This document shows, in pieces, positions 39,701 to 47,764 of a DNA stretch of 64,000 nt. The DNA comes from an uncultured Deferribacteraceae bacterium. GTDB lineage: Bacteria > Chrysiogenota > Deferribacteres > CAMZNJ01. Numbering within the stretch: position 1 is the stretch's first letter; every line of letters begins with the position of its first letter. The stretch spans positions 2,141-66,140 of the forward strand of contig CAMZNS010000026.1 of NCBI GenBank assembly GCA_947313855.1. Reading direction: 5' to 3'. The notes below the pieces were generated by a model, which was not told where the DNA came from, searched no databases, and saw only the letters and a program-made list of their open reading frames with translations. The position numbers were made by a program, and so were the translations under genes.

Positions 39701-40336
39701 AGTAGATACATACCAAACAGCAGACTAGCAATAATCTCAACCAACAACATCATACTAAACGAAAGCCTCGACGATACCGTGGAAAGCATACAAAACATCT
39801 CCCTACCCGAGGACTACCACTACATAAACACTGTAATACTCAATCAGTGCCGTGAGTTTGGTGGTGCAGGTATGCTGAGCTACCTTGAAACAACAGCACC
39901 CTTCGCTGGAAACGAGGATACTGGCAACGATGCTGGGGGAGTTGCAGGGAAACATGCGAAACCGTCACAGTACTTCATGAGGTACAGCGAACTCTCCGGA
40001 CTACCACTGGGGGGCAACATTATCGTTATGCCAAATTGCGTAGATACGCCGAACTTCCGATGGAACATGGGCAACGTAAGATCTATCCCAACAGCACTCT
40101 ACTTCGCACAAGCATCGACACTGCTGAGAAACGTTGCGGACGCAGACGAAAGTAGTCGCATCTTCATGACGCAATACATGTACGAAGCGTTTCAAGAGGG
40201 ACAAAACGGGGTAGACGCCTTACACACGGTGCAAGAACGCTACATGAACGGGGCACTAGGGGCAGACCTGACCGATCCGAAGTACTGGAACAAGTTTAGG
40301 GTGTATGCAAACATCTACAGACAACGAACACCCTAA
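36767..40336 (+). CDS. Large secreted multi-TPR protein with a C-terminal CHAT-like (caspase HetF-associated with TPRs) domain.
   Basis: A signal peptide (FLFMWLSVLPTVLPTAFAEG) and about 15 TPR-like repeats. The C-terminal ~350 aa show CHAT landmarks: RIVYTPSIAPL (ysPS..l), a candidate His (EDYHYINTV), a candidate Cys (IIVMPNCVDT), ALYFAQASTLLRNVADADE...FMTQYMYEAFQEGQNGVDALHTVQ, and a terminal YWNKFRVY (yWA.F.l.G). Confidence 0.6.
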   Translation: MLSPHCLTKRLPKYFASPLVFLFMWLSVLPTVLPTAFAEGVDGGANNSSSDLAPLDLQVSISNSVPDVIIDKKAVAKFQKYITKLQSSLNDANENFAEGKYKKSGKLFADAAIQIEKTDRPDNLKLFAIHYSAAYSFYLTGNTGATIAHINSALDNLGRYRAKGRFAEVDEGVDSGVDGATQESIKRAEMESYYILGDALIAENMISQGQQALLSAINLADEINEEPFARSVNWRLFQEQSKHGDQEEALVTLNRSLNYYQRDKNDFMIATTLYQKGVIQLDNNDYSASYRSFSNAISIAKNHGYLELLGRSYMGLSESSLGIGSYYNAAMNLENAIDIVVSAEMSDVYLPSSRKLINIYRLIGEYEKALYISDKRVQFAIEQQNTTLEAQLYVEKGDTYRYDNDLHNATLLYMAAISTIKNAQGVGLSAKDKDENSITLGDTYYKLTTAYSEMGDTTKTEIYALEAIVALNNLKDKRVTEVYTTLGNTYLTLHLYSQATNTLNTALKMSDKYGQGNQKPYIYERLGLGYKAMGDVKQSIALLEKSLNLRQDYTVATSLGALYILEGSLDKGTKILADAVDYYNSTTNQIMQANSRYNYAVANLKGGNYVAAMSNIQIAHNIDRKMGGNNGDNILVAQDLYTKAAIQYYTNNFADSITNANSATRIVEKLIGEGNVSVVDGYKTMIRQIQHLKIASAIRNNDTVTALRAGEYLNLLDLPQGYANFNLKTLQQALNSSEIMFAFLPADVNTQDGLLDTAVITITRTTVAGDIVALPLQKTKGSKLKTTLQPLLVEQLSSPTPYRFDYPYTDIARGAEIIGNQRNPQNSQLLYQNLMQPYEADKQLEGKVIWFYAVSVYSQIDFEMLQRKDNTLLAQSNRIVYTPSIAPLGAEPKYVEARRQLNRTVVVADKGVAAKGKNYHIENVSTYLLALEEATHMGVTTNYFEGNMALGALYNSLKMRNNGNTQKILPPKMTAEGLSRYIPNSRLAIISTNNIILNESLDDTVESIQNISLPEDYHYINTVILNQCREFGGAGMLSYLETTAPFAGNEDTGNDAGGVAGKHAKPSQYFMRYSELSGLPLGGNIIVMPNCVDTPNFRWNMGNVRSIPTALYFAQASTLLRNVADADESSRIFMTQYMYEAFQEGQNGVDALHTVQERYMNGALGADLTDPKYWNKFRVYANIYRQRTP

Positions 40337-42159
40337 GGGAACATGGGCGTGGTAACATGATCGTGGTGTCCCGAGCTGGACTCCCGAACCAATGACGACA
40401 AGGCGGTAGCACACTTGCCTGTGTAAAGAATCTGCACAGTGTTCCCCCGAACAATAATACCAGTAGCTCCAAGGTTTAACTTCCAAAGGGATGAAGCCGC
40501 AACGAGACTACTATTCACCACAGCGGCAACGATGGTGTTGTGGAATGTGCTCAAGCTGACAATATTCTCCCGACCACCTAGGGCGTGGCTAATATCCGCG
40601 TAGGAGAGAACTGCATCTTTGGTGCTCGCGTCTTCGGTGCTCGCATCTTCGGTGCTCGCATCTTCGGTGCTCGCATCTTTGGTGATCGCATCTTTGGTGA
40701 TCGCATCTTCTAGCCCCTTGCTGCGAGACCCATACGCCCACGAAGCAGTATGCACACCATTTATCTTGCCCGTTTTAATATCGAAAAACCGACCGCTATC
40801 CTCCCCCAAAGAACATGTGGTAGGCACCTTAGGGTTTAACGTCGAAAGAATAACGTTGAAACCCTTGCCAGGGGCACTAATCCTCAACTTCGCAATGAGA
40901 ACGCGGAACGTGGTGTACACAAAAATACTGTACAAAATACCCACGAACACAAGGCGGAAAAGGGAACCACCAAAACCACCATCAACAATGGAAGGGATCG
41001 CACTAAACATAAGCAGAAGACTATCGGAGTGGATGTGAATATGAGCCAAATCCGACACAACAGAACCCAAACCCGAAAATAAAATATGCACAACATACAA
41101 AATAGGAGACAAAAAGATTAACAAAAAACCGATGGTACTAGTGTAGCCAGTGAGAAGGATGGTGAAAAAGCCACCAAGGAAAATTATGCGGTAAGAGGAA
41201 CGAACACTACGATGGATGGAGTGGTAGATGGCAAGGATAGCAGACGCAAGGGCGAAATCTGACAGCATGTTAGGAGCTATGCCACTCTGAACCAAAGGAA
41301 CAGTATCACTAACACCACCACCAGCCACACCAACGGTGTACATACCGTTCAGGTAGCCGTAACTAATCTCAATGGAGCTGATAGGATAAAGACCAGCAGA
41401 GGAAAGAGCATGAGTAAGGGAACCATAAACAAATAACGACAGGTGCGGGAAGGTAGACAAATGATGCAAAACAGTATCGTTGGTCGCGTAAACGAAGTAC
41501 TGAACAAAAGGCAGAACCGTCGAAAATAGGGCACTAGTCAAAATAGAAACGATGATAGCAACAAAAACCACCAAGACGAAGCGACTCAATATAAAAGGGG
41601 AAGGGGACGATACCGATGTAAATAACACCGCACGACTGTAAACAAATGCACCAAGACCACCCGAAACAATACCAACAAGAATACCCATATCTAACGCAGG
41701 GAAACCGAAAACACTAATGAAATGAAGGGGCGTTTGGATCGTATGGGGCATGGACATAATAAATATGGAACTAACAGAGAGCATCTCCTTGGTAATCCCA
41801 AAAATAAGACCAGTAAAATAGTTGACCAAAATAAAAATAAACAGTGAAGTAGCACCGCCAGCAAGAGCACTGCGAGACCATGCCGCACCGATAATAATAG
41901 CGAAAATAACACTAATATTGCCCAGTATCCACCAACCAGTACCGCCAACTAGTTGGGAGAGGGACTGAGCCGATGAAAAACTCGGCGTGAAAACACTGCC
42001 GACGCAACCAACAAGAATGAGTGCACCAGCGATGGGCAAAACAGCAATGGAAGCGATAATAGCAGCAGAGAGCTTGCCAAAATTGTCTTGATATGAGAAA
42101 CGCCATGACTGTTGCCATCGCCATGGGGCTAGGGGGGTTGTTCGTTTAAGCATAGGCAC
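40333..42159 (-). CDS. Glucose-family PTS EIICB homologue (PtsG-like) with a degenerate active site.
   Basis: Collinear with E. coli PtsG: LPIAGALILVG~LPIAGILLGVG, VLHHL~GLHHIW, PILYVVHILFSGL~PILYIIHAILAGL, YTTFRVLIAKLRISAPGKG~YTIFRVLIKALDLKTPGRE, and an EIIB tail GGRENIV...LGATGIIVRGNTVQILYTGK. However GITEPIEF is replaced by GYTSTIGF, and the EIIB DACITRLR is replaced by STFHNTIV, so there is no phospho-Cys and no Arg. Confidence 0.8.
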   Translation of the reverse strand: MPMLKRTTPLAPWRWQQSWRFSYQDNFGKLSAAIIASIAVLPIAGALILVGCVGSVFTPSFSSAQSLSQLVGGTGWWILGNISVIFAIIIGAAWSRSALAGGATSLFIFILVNYFTGLIFGITKEMLSVSSIFIMSMPHTIQTPLHFISVFGFPALDMGILVGIVSGGLGAFVYSRAVLFTSVSSPSPFILSRFVLVVFVAIIVSILTSALFSTVLPFVQYFVYATNDTVLHHLSTFPHLSLFVYGSLTHALSSAGLYPISSIEISYGYLNGMYTVGVAGGGVSDTVPLVQSGIAPNMLSDFALASAILAIYHSIHRSVRSSYRIIFLGGFFTILLTGYTSTIGFLLIFLSPILYVVHILFSGLGSVVSDLAHIHIHSDSLLLMFSAIPSIVDGGFGGSLFRLVFVGILYSIFVYTTFRVLIAKLRISAPGKGFNVILSTLNPKVPTTCSLGEDSGRFFDIKTGKINGVHTASWAYGSRSKGLEDAITKDAITKDASTEDASTEDASTEDASTKDAVLSYADISHALGGRENIVSLSTFHNTIVAAVVNSSLVAASSLWKLNLGATGIIVRGNTVQILYTGKCATALSSLVRESSSGHHDHVTTPMFP

Positions 42160-42204
42160 CTACTAGGTAGATTTAGCATGCAACGGGGTGGGGGGCAGTG
42201 CAGG

Positions 42205-42300
42205 GTAGGTAGTGCAGGTTAAGGCAGTGGCACGGTGCAGTGTAATGCGGAATAATGCAGCGACACGGTGCAGTGCGGAATAATGTAGCGGCAGTACCAA
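42205..42300. repeat. Two copies of a ~30-bp direct repeat (ACGGTGCAGTG[T/C][A]ATGCGGAATAATG[C/T]AGCG) in the AT-rich intergenic region upstream of the ptsG-like gene.
   Basis: Read directly in the sequence. Confidence 0.7.
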
Positions 42301-42530
42301 TAAATATGGCGTAACCCACGTGTTGTCATGTAAAAATACATGGATTTAATACTGCAGTGTAGCACCTATTAATTTAAAAGTAAACACGTCTTTATAATTT
42401 TATTGTGGTGGGGAAAGAACCCCTAAAACAATACATCAGAGTATATCTTACAATTTAATATTTATTATAAACTAATGTTTTGTTACCAATAGTAAAACAC
42501 ATTTCTAATATTTTAGATCGTTTGCGACAC

Positions 42531-43463
42531 CTACTCCCCCCTTGTTATGGAGGCGTATTCGGTCATTAGTGCGTGTACGCCGTGTTCATGTCCGTGTTTC
42601 GATGTGTACTGGGTGAGAACCTCACGAGCTTGCACAAATTTCTGCAGATCCATCAATTTGGAGGCGTAGTAGCGATAGATGTAGGGGTTGCTGTTGTTGT
42701 TGTCGTTGCTGTTGACATATTTTTGGCATGCTTTGATGGTGTAGTTGTTTTCGGTGGGTGCCATCAGTCTGTGAACGGATTCCAGTAGTGAGCCGGCGGT
42801 GAATAGTGGTGTGTTGAGGTATTTGTCCATGTGACGCTGGAATTTGGCAGGTTTTTCGGTTTCGATGTAGTGTTTGAGGAGTTCGAAGTGTATTGTGGGG
42901 TTGTTTTCGTATTGCACCAGCAGTTTTTGCAATCCGCGTCCACGTCCGTTCCCTTTTGTGTTGAGCACTTTTTGGATTGCGATATCCATGTGATCTGTGG
43001 GTTTGGCGTCCCCTGTTATCGCTTCTAGGTGCGACAGTGCTTTTTCGGCATTATCGAACTGTCCTAGCTGTTTGTAGGTTTCGTACATTTGGTTTCGTAT
43101 TGAGACAGTGATGTGTTGTTTGTCGAGTTGTTTGAGGTAGTGCAGAGCACTGTCGTACTGTTGTAGTTCGAAGAAGCTTTCGAAAGCGATTTTGGTGGCG
43201 AGGTTTTTGAGGTTTCGTGATAGTTCGCTGTAGAGTGGTGATCCGCTACGCAGGATGTCTTCGCAGATGAGTGCGGCACCTTTGTGCATGGAGTTGTTTC
43301 GGAGTATTATTGCGGACATTAGGTAGAGGTTTGGGTTTGTGGTGATGAGTTGTTTGTTTCGTTCGATGTAGGCTAGAGTTTTTTGGTCGTTCCCTTCGAG
43401 GGAGTGCAGTAGTCCTTCGAACAGGGTGCTGTCCAGAGTGATGTTGTTGTTTTTGTTGAACAT
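42531..43463 (-). CDS. TPR-like helical-repeat protein. It sits where LapB/YciM would be, but has no C-terminal rubredoxin Cys cluster.
   Basis: A 310-aa product predicted to be all-helical with TPR-like periodicity. It lies immediately downstream of the LapA-like gene. It has no CxxC motifs. Confidence 0.4.
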   Translation of the reverse strand: MFNKNNNITLDSTLFEGLLHSLEGNDQKTLAYIERNKQLITTNPNLYLMSAIILRNNSMHKGAALICEDILRSGSPLYSELSRNLKNLATKIAFESFFELQQYDSALHYLKQLDKQHITVSIRNQMYETYKQLGQFDNAEKALSHLEAITGDAKPTDHMDIAIQKVLNTKGNGRGRGLQKLLVQYENNPTIHFELLKHYIETEKPAKFQRHMDKYLNTPLFTAGSLLESVHRLMAPTENNYTIKACQKYVNSNDNNNSNPYIYRYYASKLMDLQKFVQAREVLTQYTSKHGHEHGVHALMTEYASITRGE

Positions 43464-43507
43464 TATTGTGGTTCCTCCGGTGTTGATGTTCGGTGTTGTG
43501 GTTGGTG

Positions 43508-44212
43508 TTAGATTTGGGTACCTTTTTTGCTTGCGTACCCCATATTTTTTTTAGTTTTTTGATTATCCTTCTTGTTTTTGGATTTTTTGTTAGCGTCTTT
43601 GTTAGCGTCTTTGTTTTCGTCTTTGTTAGCGTCTTTGTTAGCGTCTTTGTTAGCGTCTTTGTTAGCGTCTTTGTTTTCGTCTTTGTTTTCGTCTTTGCTA
43701 GTATTTTTGTTGGATTTTTTGTTGGAGTCAACATTTGGTGCGACGTCGGCATTTACGCTGAGGTCGATGTTGTTGGTATTGGTATTGGTTTGCGTTGTTG
43801 TTTTGTTGTCGGTGATTTTGTTGTCGGTGATTTTGTTGTTGGAGGTTTTGTTTTTGAGTCCGAGGCTGAGGTTGTTCATTGCACCGGTGTTGCTTTGTTT
43901 TTTGTCTGTGGCGAGGAATCGTTCTTTCAGTGCGAAAATCTCTTTGTCTTTGGTGCGAATAGTTTTGTTGAGTTTGTATTCGTTGACCCTAGCTTTTACT
44001 TTGTTGATTGAGATGTAGACGATGCTTAGTAGTAGTCCTGCACCGAATGATGCGAATACAACGACGAATAGTGGCATTGAGATGGGTTCGAGGTTTGTTA
44101 GAGGTCCGATGTTTGTGAATAGTACAACATTGACAGAGTTGTAGTTTAGGTATGAGAATAGGAATAGGTAAGAGATTACGAGAATTTTGAGTAGTGTTAG
44201 TGCGATTTTCAT
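43508..44212 (-). CDS. LapA-like (DUF1049) inner-membrane protein with two TM helices, a coiled coil and a long K/D/N-rich repeat tail.
   Basis: The start is placed at MKIALTLLKIL (44212) with a GGAGGACAAA Shine-Dalgarno. The layout of two TM helices then KVKARVNEYKLNKTIRTKDKEIFALKERF matches LapA. The tail carries about 10 copies of (KDANKDEN). Confidence 0.45.
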   Translation of the reverse strand: MKIALTLLKILVISYLFLFSYLNYNSVNVVLFTNIGPLTNLEPISMPLFVVVFASFGAGLLLSIVYISINKVKARVNEYKLNKTIRTKDKEIFALKERFLATDKKQSNTGAMNNLSLGLKNKTSNNKITDNKITDNKTTTQTNTNTNNIDLSVNADVAPNVDSNKKSNKNTSKDENKDENKDANKDANKDANKDANKDENKDANKDANKKSKNKKDNQKTKKNMGYASKKGTQI

Positions 44213-44225
44213 TTTGTCCTCCGTG

Positions 44226-44726
44226 TTAGGTATTATTGAAGATTGATTGTATAATTTTGAAGCTTTCGTCCATGCTTTGTGAGATAACGCGAGTGTTTCC
44301 GAGTACAGGCATGAAGTTTGTGTCTCCTTGCCATCGTGGTACGATGTGCATGTGGATATGGTCTGCGATGCCTGCACCGCCGGCGTTTCCGATGTTGAAT
44401 CCGATGTTGAATCCGTGTGCGTTCATTTTGGTGGTGAGTCCTTTTGTGATGTCCATAGCGAGTCTGTTCATTTCGGCGATGGTGTTGTTGTTGAGGTTGT
44501 GGAAGGTATTTTCGTGTATGTATGGTACGACCATGACGTGTCCGTTGTTGTAGGGGTATAGGTTCATGACGACGTAGGAGTGTTCCCCTTTGTGTGCTAC
44601 GAGGTTGTTGGTGTTGTTGTTTTGGTTGTTTTCCATTGGTGCGAGGCAAAATACGCATTCGTCTTGAGATTTGTCCCTGGCAACATATTTGCCACGCCAT
44701 GGGGAGTGCAGTATGTCAAGGTTCAT
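44226..44726 (-). CDS. HIT-family (histidine triad) nucleotide hydrolase.
   Basis: The HxHxHxx motif ADHIHMHIVPRW. The protein is 166 aa. Confidence 0.85.
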   Translation of the reverse strand: MNLDILHSPWRGKYVARDKSQDECVFCLAPMENNQNNNTNNLVAHKGEHSYVVMNLYPYNNGHVMVVPYIHENTFHNLNNNTIAEMNRLAMDITKGLTTKMNAHGFNIGFNIGNAGGAGIADHIHMHIVPRWQGDTNFMPVLGNTRVISQSMDESFKIIQSIFNNT

Positions 44727-44752
44727 GTTTCAGCCTCCTTGCTGTTGTTTGT

Positions 44753-45526
44753 TTAGATGTAGCTTCTTGCTCCGAGGTATATTTTTTTGAAGTAGGGGTT
44801 GTCCATGGAAGTTGTTTGCACATTTTTGCCTGATGAGGGTGCGTGAATGAAGTTGTTGTTGCCGACGTATATGCCCACATGGGAGGCTTTTTTCCCACCG
44901 GATGTGGCGAAGAAGACGAGATCTCCTTCACGTAGTCGGTCTCTTGGTACGAAGTTCCCTTGTTTGAATTGTTCGGCTGCTACTCGTGGTAATTTGAAGC
45001 CGTTTTGTGCGTAGACGGTGTAAGTTAGTCCGCTGCAGTCGAATCCTGCGGATGAGTTTGTGCCGCCCCATAGGTATGGTGTTCCGATGTATGATCCTGC
45101 TGATGCTGTGATATCTCTTCGGGCACGGTTTTTGGTTCCGGTTGAGAGTGTTTCGCCAGGGTTGTAGATGGGTGTTACGATTGTGAAGTTGTTGTAGAGT
45201 CCGTCTTTTTTGTATTTGCGTGCGTATTTTGTTGCTTGGAATTTGGTGAAGAAGTTTCCGAACATAACGTGGTACTTCCCTGATTTCCCTTTGAAGTAGT
45301 ATGCGTCGACATTGAGATTGTTTAGTTTGAGTTGTAGGTTGACGGCACTGTTGACGTTTTGGAAGGATCCGACTTGAACGTTGTATGGTTTGAAGTAGAT
45401 GGGTTTGTCTTTGTTGTTGATGGACACGCTGGATCCGCCGCAGCTGGTAAGTATTATTAGTATGGTGATTAGTGTTGCGGGTAGTAGGGCGTATTTTTTG
45501 AGATTCGGGAGTGCCTGTTGTTTCAT
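44753..45526 (-). CDS. Lipoprotein with a SPOR peptidoglycan-binding domain and a C-terminal NlpC/P60 endopeptidase domain.
   Basis: A lipobox (LTSCGG), a SPOR-like segment (YNVQVGSFQNVNSAVNLQLKL...YHVMFGNF) and the NlpC/P60 catalytic motifs GTPYLWGG..FDCSGL...H. The start is placed at MKQQALP (45526). Confidence 0.8.
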   Translation of the reverse strand: MKQQALPNLKKYALLPATLITILIILTSCGGSSVSINNKDKPIYFKPYNVQVGSFQNVNSAVNLQLKLNNLNVDAYYFKGKSGKYHVMFGNFFTKFQATKYARKYKKDGLYNNFTIVTPIYNPGETLSTGTKNRARRDITASAGSYIGTPYLWGGTNSSAGFDCSGLTYTVYAQNGFKLPRVAAEQFKQGNFVPRDRLREGDLVFFATSGGKKASHVGIYVGNNNFIHAPSSGKNVQTTSMDNPYFKKIYLGARSYI

Positions 45527-45775
45527 AGAGCCATGCCTCAGGTTTCTGTTTGAGAGTTTCTGTATTTTTGTTTTTATCGTCTTAGTATACATCACAACCC
45601 ACATAAAAGTAAATACACCGTTTTGCCATGTTTTTGCCATGTTTAAGTCATGGAGCAGTCGAGAATAGTTTTTGTGGGGGTTGTTGGGTGTGTTGTTGGT
45701 GGAAATAAATTGTATTGCGAGGTGCGGTGTTTCCTGTATAATGAATTATTATTTGTGTAGTTAATATTTACGACC

Positions 45776-46453
45776 ATGAAGGAGTTGTTCGTCTTGAAAG
45801 GTGAAGAGAGGTCTGCAGCGACCAATAATAAGAAGAATGAGCACGAGCACGAGAATGAGCAGTTAACAATCGTGGGGCGTCCATCCCCCTGTGAGCTTGT
45901 CATCAAAAAGAGCAAGTTTATTACCAATATGGCCAGAGTGTCGTCTGTGCAGGAGGCGAAAGCGTTTGTCGGCGAAATCAAACAGATACACAGTACGGCC
46001 ACACACAACTGCTCAGCATTCCTTATTCAAGACGGCGTAATGGGGTACTCCGACGATGGCGAACCGCACCAAACAGCGGGGGCACCCATGCTCAACGTCC
46101 TTGATAAATGGATGATGCGTGAGGTTGCTGTTGTCGTAACACGATACTTCGGCGGCACAAAACTTGGCACAGGTGGTCTTATTCGTGCATATTCCGGTGC
46201 TGTTGTGGAAGCCTTATCGGTCACGGATCTTGTGGAGTTTGTGGAGATGATAGGGGTTATGGCCACCATGCCCTACAATGTCGTAAACGGATTCCAGTAC
46301 CTCCTTGCACAAAATAGCTCCAACGTGAGGGTTATGTCCAAAACTTTTGAAGAGGAAGCGGTATTTATTGTAGAAGTCAAATACCCCTCAGTATCCAAGT
46401 TTATTACCGATGCCTACGCTATTGGGGTCAAGAGTGTTGACGTTTACGAATAA
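45776..46453 (+). CDS. yigZ: YigZ/IMPACT-family protein (UPF0029).
   Basis: Motifs KSKFIT..., HNCSAF...DDGEPHQTAGAPML and VVVTRYFGGTKLGTGGLIRAY. Confidence 0.85.
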   Translation: MKELFVLKGEERSAATNNKKNEHEHENEQLTIVGRPSPCELVIKKSKFITNMARVSSVQEAKAFVGEIKQIHSTATHNCSAFLIQDGVMGYSDDGEPHQTAGAPMLNVLDKWMMREVAVVVTRYFGGTKLGTGGLIRAYSGAVVEALSVTDLVEFVEMIGVMATMPYNVVNGFQYLLAQNSSNVRVMSKTFEEEAVFIVEVKYPSVSKFITDAYAIGVKSVDVYE

Positions 46454-46623
46454 CGCTAACCCTGTGCTGTAAATATTGCACAAGTCATCCATAATCTATA
46501 TTATTTTTGCGTATTATGTGCTACAATGACGTGCACTAGAAGCTACCACGATACAACACAAATATCTGAATGAAAATTTCATACCTGTGATGCACTGTGG
46601 ATTACTATTGAGGTACTGTTTTT

Positions 46624-47745
46624 ATGGACAACAAAGACAAACAAAAAGCGTTGGAGCTTGCCATGAGCAAGATCGAAAAAGACTTCGGCAAAGGGATGCT
46701 CATGAGACTAGGTGACAAATCCGCCAACACAGGGATGGAAGTTATCCCCACAGGAGCACTAGCACTAGACGTTGCCCTAGGGGTCGGCGGCATACCCAAA
46801 GGACGTATCGTAGAAATATACGGCGCGGAATCTAGCGGCAAAACAACTATCGCACTCCACATTGTAGCCGAATCACAAAAACTCGGCGGAGTCGCAGCAT
46901 TTGTCGACGCCGAACACGCTCTCGACCCTCAATACGCAAAAGCCATAGGGGTAGACGTGGACAACCTACTCGTATCACAACCCGATAGCGGCGAAGCAGC
47001 ACTCGAAATCGTCGAAACACTAGTGCGTAGCAGTGCTGTGGATATCATCGTCGTCGACTCCGTGGCAGCACTCGTTCCACAAGCCGAAATCGATGGCGAC
47101 ATGGGCGACTCACACATGGGAGTGCAAGCAAGACTCATGAGCCAAGCATTACGCAAACTCACTGCCATCGTCTCCAAATCCGGCACAACTCTCATCTTCA
47201 TCAACCAGATACGACTCAAAATAGGCGTGGTCTTCGGAAACCCAGAAACAACAACAGGAGGAAACGCACTCAAATTCTACTCCTCAATCAGGCTCGAAGT
47301 AAGAAGATCAACAGCAATCAAAGACAAAGACGCTGTCCTAGGAAACAAAACTAACATCAAAGTTGTCAAAAACAAAGTCGCACCACCTTTCCAACAAGCA
47401 GCATGCGAAATTATCTACGGACACGGCGTTAGCCGCGAATCCATGCTACTCGATTACGGTATCGAACTCGAAACAATCCAAAAAGCAGGATCATGGTACT
47501 CAATGGGCGACACCAAAATAGGACAAGGTTCCGAAAGTGCCAAACAATACCTCATGGACAACAAAGAAATCGCTGACGAAATAGAAAAAGTTGTGCGAAC
47601 AAAATACGACATTCTACTAGACAGCAACGGACGACTAATCAAAAAAACACCCGAATCAACCGAAACCGAAACCAAATCAACCAAAACCAAACCAACCGAA
47701 ACCAAACCCAAAACAACCAAACCGCGAACAAAAAAAACAACATAG
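46624..47745 (+). CDS. recA: Recombinase RecA with an atypical Lys/Thr-rich basic C-terminal tail.
   Basis: The Walker A motif GAESSGKTT, the L1/L2 loops and full-length RecA similarity. The tail reads ...[34 protein letters not shown]. Confidence 0.97.
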   Translation: MDNKDKQKALELAMSKIEKDFGKGMLMRLGDKSANTGMEVIPTGALALDVALGVGGIPKGRIVEIYGAESSGKTTIALHIVAESQKLGGVAAFVDAEHALDPQYAKAIGVDVDNLLVSQPDSGEAALEIVETLVRSSAVDIIVVDSVAALVPQAEIDGDMGDSHMGVQARLMSQALRKLTAIVSKSGTTLIFINQIRLKIGVVFGNPETTTGGNALKFYSSIRLEVRRSTAIKDKDAVLGNKTNIKVVKNKVAPPFQQAACEIIYGHGVSRESMLLDYGIELETIQKAGSWYSMGDTKIGQGSESAKQYLMDNKEIADEIEKVVRTKYDILLDSNGRLIKKTPESTETETKSTKTKPTETKPKTTKPRTKKTT

Positions 47746-47764
47746 CTGAACGGGGGGCTTCCCA

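Noticed and set aside
36767-40336. TPR-CHAT protein as a Craspase (type III-E Csx29) component.
   Set aside because: There is no Cas7-11/gRAMP, no CRISPR array and no RpoE/Csx30-like genes. The protein has an N-terminal secretion signal and is far longer than Csx29.
40333-42159. Calling the ptsG-like gene a pseudogene.
   Set aside because: The 608-codon frame is uninterrupted and collinear with PtsG from start to end. Only catalytic motifs are substituted, so it is annotated as an intact, functionally divergent gene.
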